A stretch of DNA of 64,000 nucleotides, taken from positions 256,001-320,000 of the forward strand of contig CAWDYW010000003.1 of assembly GCA_963806855.1 (NCBI GenBank). The letters run 5' to 3'. Shown here piece by piece: positions 1 through 10,075 of the stretch. Under the pieces are notes generated by a model. It had not been told where the DNA came from. It made no database searches and saw nothing but the letters and a program-made list of their open reading frames with translations. The position numbers and the translations under genes were made by a program. Each line of letters opens with the position of its first letter. Within the stretch, counting starts at the first letter, position 1. Source of the DNA: an uncultured Verrucomicrobiae bacterium. GTDB lineage: Bacteria; Chlamydiota; Chlamydiia; Chlamydiales; Rhabdochlamydiaceae.

Positions 1-402
1 GATGGCGAGGCACCGTTTAAGGGAGAACGATTGCTGCATCAAAAATTGGCTTAAAGATACGCCTCGGATGAATTCCATGGCGATGTAGAGGCCCCCTTCC
101 CATTTGCCATATTCGTAGAGTTTGACGATGTTGGGGTGGTCGGCCATGCCGATGATTTTGGCTTCCCAGAGGAAGTGGTCGATCATTTCGGGGTGGTTGA
201 GGTAGTTGGGGGAGAGCACTTTGATGACTCGCGGCTCTTTAGTTTCGGGGGTGAAGCCGAGGAAGAGGAGGCTCATGCCCCCTTTGGCCAGGAGGGTTTC
301 GATCCGGAAGGGGCCAATTTTTTCTGGGATCTCGACTGGCCCTTCGTCGATGAGCGAGGGGAGGGTCTTCTGCTCGTAGAATTTCTTCTCGCCACCTGTC
401 AT
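1..402 (-). CDS. pkn5: Ser/Thr protein kinase Pkn5-like (5' part; runs off the window)
   Basis: Manual translation from the ATG at 402 gives MTGGEKKFYEQKTLP...IGPFRIETLLAKGGMS...VIKVL...HPNIVKLYEYG..LYIAMEFIRG (Hanks kinase subdomains I-V). Lies directly after cdsQ, as in chlamydiae. Confidence 0.88.
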   Translation of the reverse strand, partial: MTGGEKKFYEQKTLPSLIDEGPVEIPEKIGPFRIETLLAKGGMSLLFLGFTPETKEPRVIKVLSPNYLNHPEMIDHFLWEAKIIGMADHPNIVKLYEYGKWEGGLYIAMEFIRGVSLSQFLMQQSFSLKRCLAI

Positions 403-403
403 T

Positions 404-1543
404 TTATTCGCCTAATTTGAGGATTTTGACGCCGAGCGCATCTCCCAATTGCACCAGTTCCCCTTTGGCGATCCGTTTGCCGCCGACAGTGAGGTGGACG
501 TTGGGGAGAGGGGCGAGAGCCAAATCGAGGACGTTGCCCGGTTTGAGTTTGGTCACCTGGTCGAGGGGCATATGCAAGCGGCCCGCTTCGACGACGATGG
601 TAATGGGGATCTGTTTGGTGGAGAGGAACTCTTCAGTTTTCTCTTCATTCTCATCAGCCGACCAAAGGTGTTTCTGGTCATCCATTCTTGAGAGATCTTC
701 ATCCTCATCATTTGTCATAGGGGTCTCCTCTTGGAAAAGGGCATATTCTAATATTTTCACTTCGTGTTCTTTGATCCGGACATCAAAGAGGGGGGTGGTG
801 CCGAGGGTCAGGCTGGCACTCCCTCGGTGATGCTTCAGATCGTAGGAACACCTATCGAGCAGCAGTAGATCGCCCTTTTTCAACTTTTTCCACTCCGCGG
901 CCATTAGGGTCGTCGCACCGATTTCCACCTGCAGGGGGAGGGGGAGCTGGGCGAGCTTAGGATCGGAAAGCAACGGGGGCTTTTTCATCGAGAAATAGGA
1001 GGTGAAGCTGGCGTGGGTCTCGCTTGGGACTAGGATGCGGCCCCAAAGGGGGACGCCTCCCCGTTTGATCGCGATGTCGATGGCCATTGCTCCTTGTGCT
1101 GGGAGCTCGTTTTCTTCCGACAGGGAGGCAACTAGATCGCCGTAGAAGCCCTTGCTGTTGAAGATCGAGAGGATGTTGAGGAGGATAAACTGATAGAATC
1201 CCTCTTGCAGCGATCCCTCGGAAAACCCTTTAGTCTTTTCATCTTTGGTCAGCAGGAACTGGATCAGGGTGTCCCGGCTTTTCTGCGGGCTAATCCAAAA
1301 AAAGTTGCCATGGATGGGGGAGAGAGTAAAGGAGTGGGTGACAGGGTGGTCGCCCATGCCGGCGGTGAGGTCTTCTCTCGAGAGCCACTCGGTTCTATGG
1401 TGGGAAATTTCGAGATCTTTTAACTCTAATGATCTCGACAGCTCATCGGAGAAGATCTTCCAAGGAAAATGGGGCGCCGTTCCCCAGAGGGGGATCATTT
1501 CGAGCTCTTTCAAGGCGCTTTCGATTTTTTTCAGTAGGGCCAT
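404..1543 (-). CDS. sctQ: T3SS cytoplasmic ring protein SctQ/CdsQ
   Basis: Two SPOA/FliN-like segments (LPLQVEIG..LKKGDLLLL; IPITIVVEAGR..IAKGELVQLGDALGVKILKL); synteny. Confidence 0.92.
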   Translation of the reverse strand: MALLKKIESALKELEMIPLWGTAPHFPWKIFSDELSRSLELKDLEISHHRTEWLSREDLTAGMGDHPVTHSFTLSPIHGNFFWISPQKSRDTLIQFLLTKDEKTKGFSEGSLQEGFYQFILLNILSIFNSKGFYGDLVASLSEENELPAQGAMAIDIAIKRGGVPLWGRILVPSETHASFTSYFSMKKPPLLSDPKLAQLPLPLQVEIGATTLMAAEWKKLKKGDLLLLDRCSYDLKHHRGSASLTLGTTPLFDVRIKEHEVKILEYALFQEETPMTNDEDEDLSRMDDQKHLWSADENEEKTEEFLSTKQIPITIVVEAGRLHMPLDQVTKLKPGNVLDLALAPLPNVHLTVGGKRIAKGELVQLGDALGVKILKLGE

Positions 1544-2091
1544 TAAGCGTCTTCCTCGTAAACGTCTTCCTCACGCTCGACTTTCTTGACGAGATAGTTT
1601 TCAGTCTCTAAGCAGGTATCGATTCGGTAAACTGAAAAGCCAAGATCCTGTTTTTGCAGGGCGATCATCAATTCAGCTGCGTGAGATTCGAAGAGGGCAA
1701 CCGCCTTAGAATGGGACGAAAATTCGATGTTGAAGACTTTGGGCGCCGTGCTGTATTCGGTAATGGTGATTCTCGCTCCTTGGAAAGTATTAAACGCATC
1801 GCCATCGAGAAAGAAGGTGGTCTCTTGGACCCCTTCGGTATGGGTCACGATGATGGCACCCAGCAATTTGTCATAGAGAGCTCCCACTTGGCTCGAGGGG
1901 TCGATGGAGATATTCAGAGGCTCACTCGATTGATTCGCGATGAATTGCTTGATCACTTGTAAGGAATCGGCCTCGATCTGCTCGGGAAGGGAGCTCTTGT
2001 TTTTTTTGTATTGGGTGGGTTGTTTAGTTGTCTCCCTCTTGGGCAGCTCTTTCTTTTCGATTTTGGCAAGTTCAATGGGTTGTGGGATCAT
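1543..2091 (-). CDS. Short CdsP-like (CT671 position) protein; paralog of the upstream gene's C-terminal domain
   Basis: Shares the GAxIxIxE[YF]STAPKx[FY]NI...AVALF...RIDT domain with 2088-2588. Confidence 0.7.
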   Translation of the reverse strand: MIPQPIELAKIEKKELPKRETTKQPTQYKKNKSSLPEQIEADSLQVIKQFIANQSSEPLNISIDPSSQVGALYDKLLGAIIVTHTEGVQETTFFLDGDAFNTFQGARITITEYSTAPKVFNIEFSSHSKAVALFESHAAELMIALQKQDLGFSVYRIDTCLETENYLVKKVEREEDVYEEDA

Positions 2092-3288
2092 TCTGCACCT
2101 TTTTTCCGTTTCACGCGACGCGTTTCTCTCTTCCGCTCCTCAGGGGCGCCGGTGAGATACCCGGTATCTATCCGGTTCACTTTGAAAGTATAATTGCCCG
2201 CCTGAAAAGCTGCCACTAATTCCTGTGCGTTGTTGGTGAAGAGGGCGACGGCTTGCTGATTCCCAAGCAGTTGGATGTTGTATGCCTTGGGGGCGGTTGA
2301 GAACTCTGAGATGACGATTTGGGCTCCATAGAAGACCGAATTGGCAAACTTGGGGTTGTCTAGGTTGATCGTCGTTTTGGTCACGCCGGTCGTATTCATC
2401 ACGGTCATCACCCCGACCATCCGCTCGAAAAGGGCGGCGACAGGGGCCGGTAGGTTAGCAAAGGGAGCGGTGATCGGCGGCAACGGCTCGCCACCAGGCA
2501 AAATAACAGGGGCGGCAGGAGGAGCGCCCGTTTGGAAGGTGGTCGCGACGACCGGCTCCTCTTTTTTGACCGGCGCCACTTTTTTCACCAGTTTTTCTTC
2601 CCCCCGCTCTAAATCTTCGGCCCTCTCCCAAGCTCCTTGAGGAAGTTGAGCTGGCGGCGGCGCTACAGCTTCTTCTGCAGCTGGAGCAGGTCTCTGCGGG
2701 CTTTTTCTGCTTTTTGGGAACTTCGACGTGTTGGGGTGGCTTTGTTTCGACTATTTCTTTTTTGCTGACAGGTTTTTTCCCGGGTGGGTGGGCAGCCACC
2801 TTTTTCTCTGCCGGCTTCTCGACTTTCTTCCCTTTCTCTACGATTGGCTCTTTTCTTTGTTCGACCTGTCTTCTTCGCTCTGTTCTTGGCTGCTGGGGCG
2901 TCGAGACGGTCGGCTCTGTTTCGGCCAGTGGATAGTGCTCTTCAGGTGCGACTGGCGGCTCATAGATAGAGGGCTGCGGAGTCGGCGCCGCCGGCTCTTC
3001 TGCCGGTGACACGCCTGCCGACTCGGGGATCTTTATTTCGAAGTCGCCCGAAGGGGAAGGAGTAATGATATCTCGATTCGAAGGCTGGGCAGTGGTCATC
3101 TCGGCGGCCTCTTCCTCTTCACGCTCGGCTTGACTTTTCCGTTTTCGCTGCTCTTCGGGATCGGTCTCACGCACTTTGCCCGATTTCATCATTTCGCGAA
3201 AGCGATCGGGTTCACTGCTTTTTTTCCTTTTTGGACCCTCCGGGCCAGGTCCTAATTTGCCCCCTTCTACTTTTCCCAAATCAGCCAT
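2088..3288 (-). CDS. CdsP-like needle length ruler (about 400 aa; frameshift near 2690)
   Basis: ORFs 2455-3288 and 2088-2588 join into one Pro/Lys/Glu-rich protein with a conserved C-terminal domain; lies between cdsO and cdsQ. Confidence 0.7.
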
Positions 3289-3784
3289 CTTTTTTCCGCT
3301 TTTTTTTCTTCATGATGAAACGGGTGCTCCCCATCTCATCGGTTTCTTTGGCCTCTTCCTTCTCGAGCTCTTTCGCTTCCTCTTTTTTCCATTCGTGGGC
3401 GTGTTCTTTAAGTTTTTCGACTTCCCGCTCCCGCTTGACCATCGCTTTTCGGGCCTCTTCGACCTCTTGCTCTGCTTTTTCTACCTGTTTGATTTGATCT
3501 GCAACCTTTTTTTCATGGACCTTTAGCTTTTCATCGACCAGTTTCATATAGAGCCGCATCTGTTCGATTTTGTCGGTTCTCATCCCCTCGTCGAGGGCGG
3601 CGCGCAGCTGCGTCAGCTTATCTTTCTTATGCTTTTTGACCTTGTCCCGCTCATCTTCAAGCTTCTTGAGCTTCTCTTCTTCGGCTGCCAACTTCTCTTT
3701 TTTTTCGCGCAGCACCCTTTCTGCCTCTTCGAGCTTTTTCTTTTTGATCACTTGAAGCTGATGGAGGGGATACTCTTTGGCCAT
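3281..3784 (-). CDS. sctO: T3SS stalk protein SctO/CdsO
   Basis: Charged coiled coil starting MAKEYPL..; immediately downstream of cdsN (CT670 position). Confidence 0.88.
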   Translation of the reverse strand: MAKEYPLHQLQVIKKKKLEEAERVLREKKEKLAAEEEKLKKLEDERDKVKKHKKDKLTQLRAALDEGMRTDKIEQMRLYMKLVDEKLKVHEKKVADQIKQVEKAEQEVEEARKAMVKREREVEKLKEHAHEWKKEEAKELEKEEAKETDEMGSTRFIMKKKKRKKDG

Positions 3785-5098
3785 TATCTGAAGAGGGCTT
3801 TGAGTTGCGCCAGGGTCTCATTGAAAGAACATTTTTCTTCGACACGCTGCTTCAAGAAGCGGTTCACCTGATCGATGTAGCGGATCGCAAAATCGGCCTG
3901 TTTGTCTGAGCCAGGTTTGTATTCGCCGATGCGGATGAGAAGCTCGTTTTTCTTGTAGTTGGACAGCACCTCGCGGATTTTGCCGATCAGCTCGACATGC
4001 TCTTTGGTTGTCACCAGCGTCAAGACCCGGCTGATCGAGGCGAGGACATCGATAGCAGGATAGTGGTGTTGGCGTGCCAGATCAGTAGAGAGGATGATGT
4101 GTCCATCGAGAATCGAGCGCGTCTCGTCGGCGACCGGCTCATTGATATCGTCTCCGGCGACAAAAATCGTGTAAAAGGCGGTCATGAATCCCTTCTCAGA
4201 GTTGCCCGACCGCTCGAGCAGTCTGGGCAGAGTGGCAAAGACGGAAGGGGTAAATCCCGCGCGGGCCGGTGGTTCCCCGGCGGCAAGGCCGATTTCGCGC
4301 AGCGCTCTGGCAAAGCGGGTGACCGAGTCCATCATCAAAATGACCGTTTTGCCCTGCTCGCGGAAATATTCGGCGATCGCCGTTCCGACATAGGCAGCGT
4401 TGATCCTCAGCTGCGCCGCCTGATCCGAAGTGGAGACGATGACGACAGAGCGGGCAGGCCCTCTACGCCCAGGTCGTGATCAAAAACTCGCGCACTTCTC
4501 TTCCCCGCTCGCCGATGAGGGCGATCACGTTGACATCGGCGACCGCATTGCGGGCGATCATCCCGAGCAGCGTCGATTTTCCGACGCCCGCTCCGGCGAA
4601 AATGCCCATGCGCTGCCCTTTTCCGACCGTCAGAACGCCGTCGATGCCCGCACCCCGACTGCGAGCGGCTCTTCGATCAGTTGCCGTTTGAGGGGATCGG
4701 GAGGGGATTCGATGACCGGATAGGATTCAGTTAAAATGAGAGGCCCTTTGTTCTTCGACATCGATCGCTTCGCCATAGCCATTCGAGACCCGGCCGAGAA
4801 GCCTTGTCCCACTTTGATCTGCATCGTCATCTTCAGCGGAATCACTTCCGAAGAGGGGCCGATGCCGCTCATATCGCCAAAAGGAGAGAGAAAGACCTCA
4901 TCGCGCGTAAAGCCGACCACCTCAGCCATCAGAGGGGACCCCATCGCGCTTGATCATGCAGATTTCGCCCATTTTCACGTCAGGGATGACAGCTTTGATG
5001 AGCATGCCGATCACTTCGGTGATCCGGCCGTGGACAGTCGCCAGCTCGACCTGGTCGAGGTGGGAGATAATTTTGTCAAAATCTGGGGTTTTGCCCAT
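3784..5098 (-). CDS. sctN: T3SS ATPase SctN/CdsN (several frameshifts in this sequence)
   Basis: Pieces in different frames: [42 protein letters not shown] (Walker A), [44 protein letters not shown]. Confidence 0.93.
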
Positions 5099-5108
5099 AA
5101 GAGACCCC

Positions 5109-5761
5109 TTACAATTGGATGTTCATCATCATCTTCAGGTCGTCGATAGCCTTACCGAGGAGCAAAGATGAGTATTCCAATTCCTGTTGCGCTTTATTCA
5201 GCTTGATCTGGACCATCAGCATGTCGGATGGACTCATCTGCTCGCCCTTAGCAGAAATCTGGGCAAGCATGCTCTGGGTGGCATCGAGCTGCCGCTGTCC
5301 CGAAGTGACCAAGTTGACAAATTTTTGAAGCGGACCGCCCTTTCCTTGCTGCTCTTCTTCTTCAACAATAGGGGCGCCAACCTTGGTCGCGCCGACTGGA
5401 TATGCCCTTTGGCAGAGGAGAGCTTATTTTTCAGCAAATATTTGGTCGACTGCTTCAGTTTTAGCTTGGGTGTATTGAGTTGAGTGTTGATATCTCCCAT
5501 CGTCGCCCCGGCCACCTTTGCCTGATCTTGGATCGAAGCGAGCGTCGGCCCAGGAGGAGGAACCCGCCCGTGCGCCAAATCAAAAGGGGAGGCCTGCGTC
5601 GGTTTCCCGGTCGCCGCCAATGGATTAGGCTCTCCGCCCTTCATATAGGAACTAAAGGTGCGGATTTGGTCTTCAGGTTCTTTTGAGGGCCCCTCGCCAA
5701 CTCGAGGGACAATCCCTGCTTGTTCCGTAACATCTTTAGGATTGGGGATACCAGTACTCAT
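5109..5761 (-). CDS. CT668-like T3SS protein with a YscI/HrpB-like (inner rod-like) C-terminus (frameshift near 5390)
   Basis: ORFs 5234-5761 and 5109-5312 join (..HIQSA/ATKVGAPIV..QKFVNLVTSGQ..); ends SPSDMLMVQIKLNKAQQELEYSSLLLGKAIDDLKMMMNIQL. Confidence 0.7.
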
Positions 5762-6204
5762 TTCTTTTTCTTCTTCTTTTCGGGCGGTTTTTGAAGTGGT
5801 GTCGGAGCTTTTTTAATGAATTTTTCTACGAATTCGAGCGCAGTACCAGCGAGCTTCTTCACTTGAGGATCCTTCGATTTCTCTGCGGTCTCCTCGAGCA
5901 GATGCTCACCTCTGGCAACTTCAGTAGCTGTCAGAGCATAGCTGATACCGAAAAAGGCCTTCGCCATCTCATTGGTGGGTTCTTTTGCAATCACCTCGTC
6001 GAACAGCTTGCAAGCCTGCTTGAGCTCGAGCTTCATCATGTGCATATAGCCCCGTCCCACTTTGGGGAGAGTATTTTCTGGCCTTAGCAACTCAGAAGCT
6101 TTGAATAGCTTAGAAGCGGCATCCTCGTCGGCCTGATTGACCGCGATGAAACCGGCCTCGCAAAGGAGGATAAAGTGGTCTTTAAATTTTTGAAGATCTG
6201 CCAT
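5758..6204 (-). CDS. cdsG: T3SS needle chaperone CdsG (TPR-like)
   Basis: FILLCEAGFIAVNQADEDAA motif; position after cdsF (CT667). Confidence 0.8.
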   Translation of the reverse strand: MADLQKFKDHFILLCEAGFIAVNQADEDAASKLFKASELLRPENTLPKVGRGYMHMMKLELKQACKLFDEVIAKEPTNEMAKAFFGISYALTATEVARGEHLLEETAEKSKDPQVKKLAGTALEFVEKFIKKAPTPLQKPPEKKKKKK

Positions 6205-6222
6205 ATAATTAGCCCCCTACCC

Positions 6223-6486
6223 TTATTGAGTTTTTTGGTTACGTATTGAGTTATTGATCACCGACATCACCTGGCTGATGACGTTCGAGATCGACTCACC
6301 AATCTGAGTGACTTGGCTCATTTGGAATTGCAAGAGCAAGAACTTACCAGGGGTCGCTTGCGAAATGCGGCTTGCGACAGCGCGCACAGCAGAAACAACC
6401 TGGCTCTGCAACTTGATGTAGGCCTTAATCATTGTAGAAAACGTAATCGTTCCCGACCAAGGCGAGTGATAAGTAGGTCCACTCAT
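6223..6486 (-). CDS. cdsF: T3SS needle subunit SctF/CdsF
   Basis: 87-aa helical hairpin (FLLLQFQM..ESISNVIS..RNQK) between cdsE and cdsG. Confidence 0.78.
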   Translation of the reverse strand: MSGPTYHSPWSGTITFSTMIKAYIKLQSQVVSAVRAVASRISQATPGKFLLLQFQMSQVTQIGESISNVISQVMSVINNSIRNQKTQ

Positions 6487-6498
6487 GACAAATTCTCC

Positions 6499-6738
6499 TT
6501 ATTTTTTCTTCTCAATAACCCGTTTTAGAACTCTCTGCAGCGCTGCATAGGCATGTAATAGCACGCCATATTCATCGAAATCATCGGTTTCAGCACCTTG
6601 CCGCAGCATCGTCTTCAGCTTTCCCATCCGCTCATCGATTTCCTTGGCCAAAGCCTTTGCCTTAGCAGGATCTTTGTGCAGTTCTTCTTCTAAATCGAAC
6701 TGGAATGGCTCTTTGGGTTTTTTTTCCAAACCAAACAT
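6499..6738 (-). CDS. cdsE: T3SS needle chaperone CdsE
   Basis: MFGLE...FQFDLE...GVLLHAYAALQRV pattern; CT665 position. Confidence 0.8.
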   Translation of the reverse strand: MFGLEKKPKEPFQFDLEEELHKDPAKAKALAKEIDERMGKLKTMLRQGAETDDFDEYGVLLHAYAALQRVLKRVIEKKK

Positions 6739-6799
6739 ATAAACTCCTGGGTTCCCCCGTACTGCATCATGCGCATCATCAATTTTTTGTACAACCTTT

Positions 6800-8533
6800 T
6801 TACTGCAGGTTGTAATCGATTCTGAATACCTGTCCTTCTTTTTCGAGCAAGACCATCTTGGGTTTAATCGCCGTAATCAGCATCCCTTCCAGCAGATCCC
6901 CTTTGCCCAAAATCTTCCCGTTGATCACCACGTAAAAGTCCATCTCATCCCGTTTCGAATACCCCGTCACCGTGAATTGACTCGACAAATCGGTGAGCGT
7001 ACTTTCGACACTTGTGATTACCACATAATTTTTCACTTCTCGAATGCCAGGCACCTTTTTAAAAGAGTCGACAAGAGCCATATAGTCTGAATCTTTATTC
7101 TTGCCCACCCGACCGGCCAAAACCAAATCGCCGTCGACCAGATCAAAAGTGACACCGGCAAGCCCCTTAGCAGCCAGCATGCTCGCAATCTCGCTTTGCA
7201 GATTTTTCTCCACCACCACCTGATTTTGGAGCCGATCCAAGTAGTTGAAGTTGAGATTGATATAGTCGCTCAAGGCCACCGCATTTTCCACAGTGTCGAC
7301 GTAGCCGCGCAGCACAAATTTCCCTGGCTCGGTCGCATACACAGTGACACCGGCCCATTGCGGATTGAGCGAGAGCATCGAATTCATGTTTTGCCAGACC
7401 AGCTCATCGACGATGATATTGTCATCCACTGACCGGATGAATGGGAGCTCTTTCAATGCAAACAGCAATTCTTGGTGGTTAACACCCGTGAGCACATGCC
7501 CCACTAGGAACAATTTGCCCGAAGGTTGATTATAGGTGAATTGCACAGCAGGGAACTGCGCGAGCGCCTGCTCGATCCGCACATTATCATCGGTCAGCTT
7601 GACCACGATCGGTTCCGACTTAAACAGCGAAATCATCGCGAACACACTGACAAAAAGGACCCCGGCTAGCACCCCTGCGACGATTAAATGCCGTTTGGGG
7701 ATCACCATCTCCTTCCAATCTTCTCTTTCTTTCCTAGCTGCACGTGATTCTGGTTCCCTTGAAGGCATCGACGGCATTACAGCAGCCGGAGCAAAAATCG
7801 TCTCCCGCGCCTCCATCCGATCGACGACCAAGAAAGTGGTCGTCCCCAGAGCGACGAGATCCTGCGAAGTGAGCAGCGTCTTTTCGCCGATCAGCTCCCC
7901 ATTGACGATCACCCCGTTGCGGCTTCCTAAATCCTCGATGAACGCGTTGTCCTCAGCATCGATCGATAGGCGGGCATGCTGCCTCGAAACGCTCAAATCT
8001 TGGAAGACAATGTCGCAAATATTGGGATCTTTCCCGATTAAATAAGTCGCAGAGCGATGCATCGCAAATTCGGCGCCCGCATTGGGTCCGGATATCACCT
8101 TCAAAAGCCATCTAGTCTCAGGATGGGGCCCGAAGTGTAGCTCTGAGGCCATTTCTGCTGGAGGACCAGCTGCCCGCGCCGGTTCTGGTTGCGCCATGGG
8201 AGCGGGTGGCATCTCTGGCTGCGGGGCAATTTCAGTAAAGTTGAAGAACGTCGAGCCGATTTGGATGATATCGCCCTCTTTTAGCAAAATTGGGTCGGCG
8301 ATCACCATCCCATTTTGCGTAGCGGGGTTGACCGTGCTCAAGTTCTCAAAAATAAATCCTTCGGGAGTCAGTCGGACAGTCGCATGGCGCCTTGAGACCA
8401 TCGGATCTTCCAGAAGCACATCAGAGGTATCTGGGTCTCTGCCGAGCGTCCAGACATTATCCCCGGCGCCTTCTTCGAAGACAATCGTCGTGCCCGCCAG
8501 TGGGCCTTCTTCAGCAATTAGATATCCGTTCAT
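6800..8533 (-). CDS. sctD: T3SS inner membrane ring protein SctD/CdsD
   Basis: Two FHA domains (GRDP..VSRRHA; GKDP..VSRQHA..SRNG), one TM helix, periplasmic BON-like repeats. Confidence 0.93.
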   Translation of the reverse strand: MNGYLIAEEGPLAGTTIVFEEGAGDNVWTLGRDPDTSDVLLEDPMVSRRHATVRLTPEGFIFENLSTVNPATQNGMVIADPILLKEGDIIQIGSTFFNFTEIAPQPEMPPAPMAQPEPARAAGPPAEMASELHFGPHPETRWLLKVISGPNAGAEFAMHRSATYLIGKDPNICDIVFQDLSVSRQHARLSIDAEDNAFIEDLGSRNGVIVNGELIGEKTLLTSQDLVALGTTTFLVVDRMEARETIFAPAAVMPSMPSREPESRAARKEREDWKEMVIPKRHLIVAGVLAGVLFVSVFAMISLFKSEPIVVKLTDDNVRIEQALAQFPAVQFTYNQPSGKLFLVGHVLTGVNHQELLFALKELPFIRSVDDNIIVDELVWQNMNSMLSLNPQWAGVTVYATEPGKFVLRGYVDTVENAVALSDYINLNFNYLDRLQNQVVVEKNLQSEIASMLAAKGLAGVTFDLVDGDLVLAGRVGKNKDSDYMALVDSFKKVPGIREVKNYVVITSVESTLTDLSSQFTVTGYSKRDEMDFYVVINGKILGKGDLLEGMLITAIKPKMVLLEKEGQVFRIDYNLQ

Positions 8534-8937
8534 AATATTCTGTCTTCCGCTTGTTTCACGTGGCGGTCAATTTCCTCTCTCCAATATTCGACAATATTGG
8601 CAAAATCCTCCAAAGCCCCCCTAAAGGACCTGTAATCCATGTCATAAGGCAAACCCCGAGAGAGTGTCAAGAGGTTATCGCCAGAACTTAAGCCAATCGT
8701 CGATCCCATCGTCCCTTGGCCAAACAGATTTGCCTTCATTAATTGGATAAAGAGCTCCTCCTTTTTGACAGTAGGGCAAGGGCGTAGTGGAGCATAAAAG
8801 TAAATCCCTGGATCTAAAGGTTTTACCTCGATATTCATCGAGGGGAGGGGAAGAAAATAACGCCCATTCTCAGTCTTGAGATTAGGGTCAAGATTTAGCT
8901 CCTCGCACAGTTCCTTTAGATAGTCCATATAACTCAT
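8530..8937 (-). CDS. scc4: CesT-family T3SS chaperone (Scc4/CT663-like)
   Basis: LMKANLFGQGTMGSTIGL...LEDFANIVEYWR; first gene of the cdsD operon. Confidence 0.8.
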   Translation of the reverse strand: MSYMDYLKELCEELNLDPNLKTENGRYFLPLPSMNIEVKPLDPGIYFYAPLRPCPTVKKEELFIQLMKANLFGQGTMGSTIGLSSGDNLLTLSRGLPYDMDYRSFRGALEDFANIVEYWREEIDRHVKQAEDRIL

Positions 8938-9060
8938 TCAATACCTGGGTGCTACGTAAAATTAAAGCCCGAAACGAATTTAATTGCAATCCTAATCGTC
9001 AACAGCCTCACTATTAGCTTCTTAAAAAGGGGGTTAAAATTTAAATAATAATTTGATATA

Positions 9061-9531
9061 ATGAGGATTATGATAAAGAAAGAGTATGAGCGGCTGCTAG
9101 GGACCCTTGAGCAAAGCTCTGGTAAACAAGGAGTTATTCTAGAAGAAATCCTCCGGGAAGCTGTGGTCTTCTTTGAGGCCCTCCGCAAAGAGTTCCCTTC
9201 CGCTTCTAAAGAAGAAAAGGAAGAGATGATCCAAATGATGACCCACCTCCACTCGAGGATTCAGGAAATCTCCCAGATAACTGCCAAAGCTTCAGGGATG
9301 ACCGAAGAGGAGCTCGCCAGCTTCGCTGAGAACCCCAGCAATTTTAGCCCAGAGCAGTGGCAGCTCATCCAAAAGTCAAGGAGAGAACTCTACGATACAG
9401 CTCGCAAGTTCTCCGCCTCCGTAGAGGATGAGAAAATCGCTCAACATCCTGAGAATAAAGAAGTTCCAAAAGAAAAATCAACTCGTCCATCTACGCGCCG
9501 AACCCGTCGCCAAGACTGGACAAAATCCTAA
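9061..9531 (+). CDS. Hypothetical helical protein (start may be 9070)
   Basis: 156-aa ORF divergent from scc4; protein-like amphipathic composition. Confidence 0.7.
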   Translation: MRIMIKKEYERLLGTLEQSSGKQGVILEEILREAVVFFEALRKEFPSASKEEKEEMIQMMTHLHSRIQEISQITAKASGMTEEELASFAENPSNFSPEQWQLIQKSRRELYDTARKFSASVEDEKIAQHPENKEVPKEKSTRPSTRRTRRQDWTKS

Positions 9532-9587
9532 AATTTGTTGCCAAGCGGACGCCTTCGAAAACCGATTCTTCAGGTTGTTTCAGTATA
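9530..9587. repeat. Right half of the 164-bp palindromic element found at 16563-16726
   Basis: aaaatttgttgccaagcggacgccttcgaaaaccgattcttcaggttgtttcagtata is nearly identical to about 16669-16726. Confidence 0.9.
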
Positions 9588-9636
9588 AGTAGACCAAATT
9601 CAAATAACATCCTTGCATTGGATAAAAAAACGATTG

Positions 9637-9697
9637 GAACGATATAATGATAGGAACGATAACGATTTTTTTTATCGTTCCTATCATTATATCGTTC
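9637..9697. repeat. Perfect 26-bp inverted repeat
   Basis: gaacgatataatgataggaacgataa / ttatcgttcctatcattatatcgttc. Confidence 0.9.
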
Positions 9698-9742
9698 ACA
9701 TCATATGCCCTGCTGTAACTTTCTGAAAATCAAAAAATTAGC

Positions 9743-9834
9743 ACCACAGAGAGCACAAAGGGCGCAGAGAAAAAATGGCCTTCTATAGGATGTTTGGAAA
9801 ATTTTCCCTCTGTGCCCTTTGTGCTCTATGTGGT
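9743..9834. repeat. REP-like hairpin with 9-bp internal periodicity
   Basis: accacagagagcacaaagggcgcagag / ctctgtgccctttgtgctctatgtggt; related to 58770-58883. Confidence 0.85.
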
Positions 9835-10002
9835 TATAAATACTTTATATTCAACTCATTAAGTATAAATTCTAACTACCCAGCATTGGCGCGGTCCAAA
9901 TCCACGATTTTTAACAGCTCGGGGGGTATAGTTCAAATCCCCCTCATTGTTAGTTATTTGCATTGCCATATTAAGAAAAGTTAATAAAGATTAAACAAAA
10001 AT

Positions 10003-10031
10003 TTGACAAATAATTAATTTTGTATTAAAAT
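10003..10031 (+). promoter_or_regulatory. Sigma66/70 promoter of the translocon-like operon
   Basis: TTGACA-N17-TAAAAT. Confidence 0.75.
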
Positions 10032-10075
10032 TACGTATAAGGAAAGATATAAATAATAAACAAAAGGAAATAAAA

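Noticed and set aside
3784..5098. cdsN as a true pseudogene or programmed frameshift
   Set aside because: Indels are clustered regionally across unrelated genes with no other decay; assembly error is more parsimonious.
9530..9900. Possible CRISPR array
   Set aside because: The repeats are inverted and heterogeneous; there is no repeat-spacer periodicity and no cas gene in the window.
9775..9984. 69-aa ORF
   Set aside because: Derived from the hairpin repeat (SLCALCALCG); no RBS or protein-like features.
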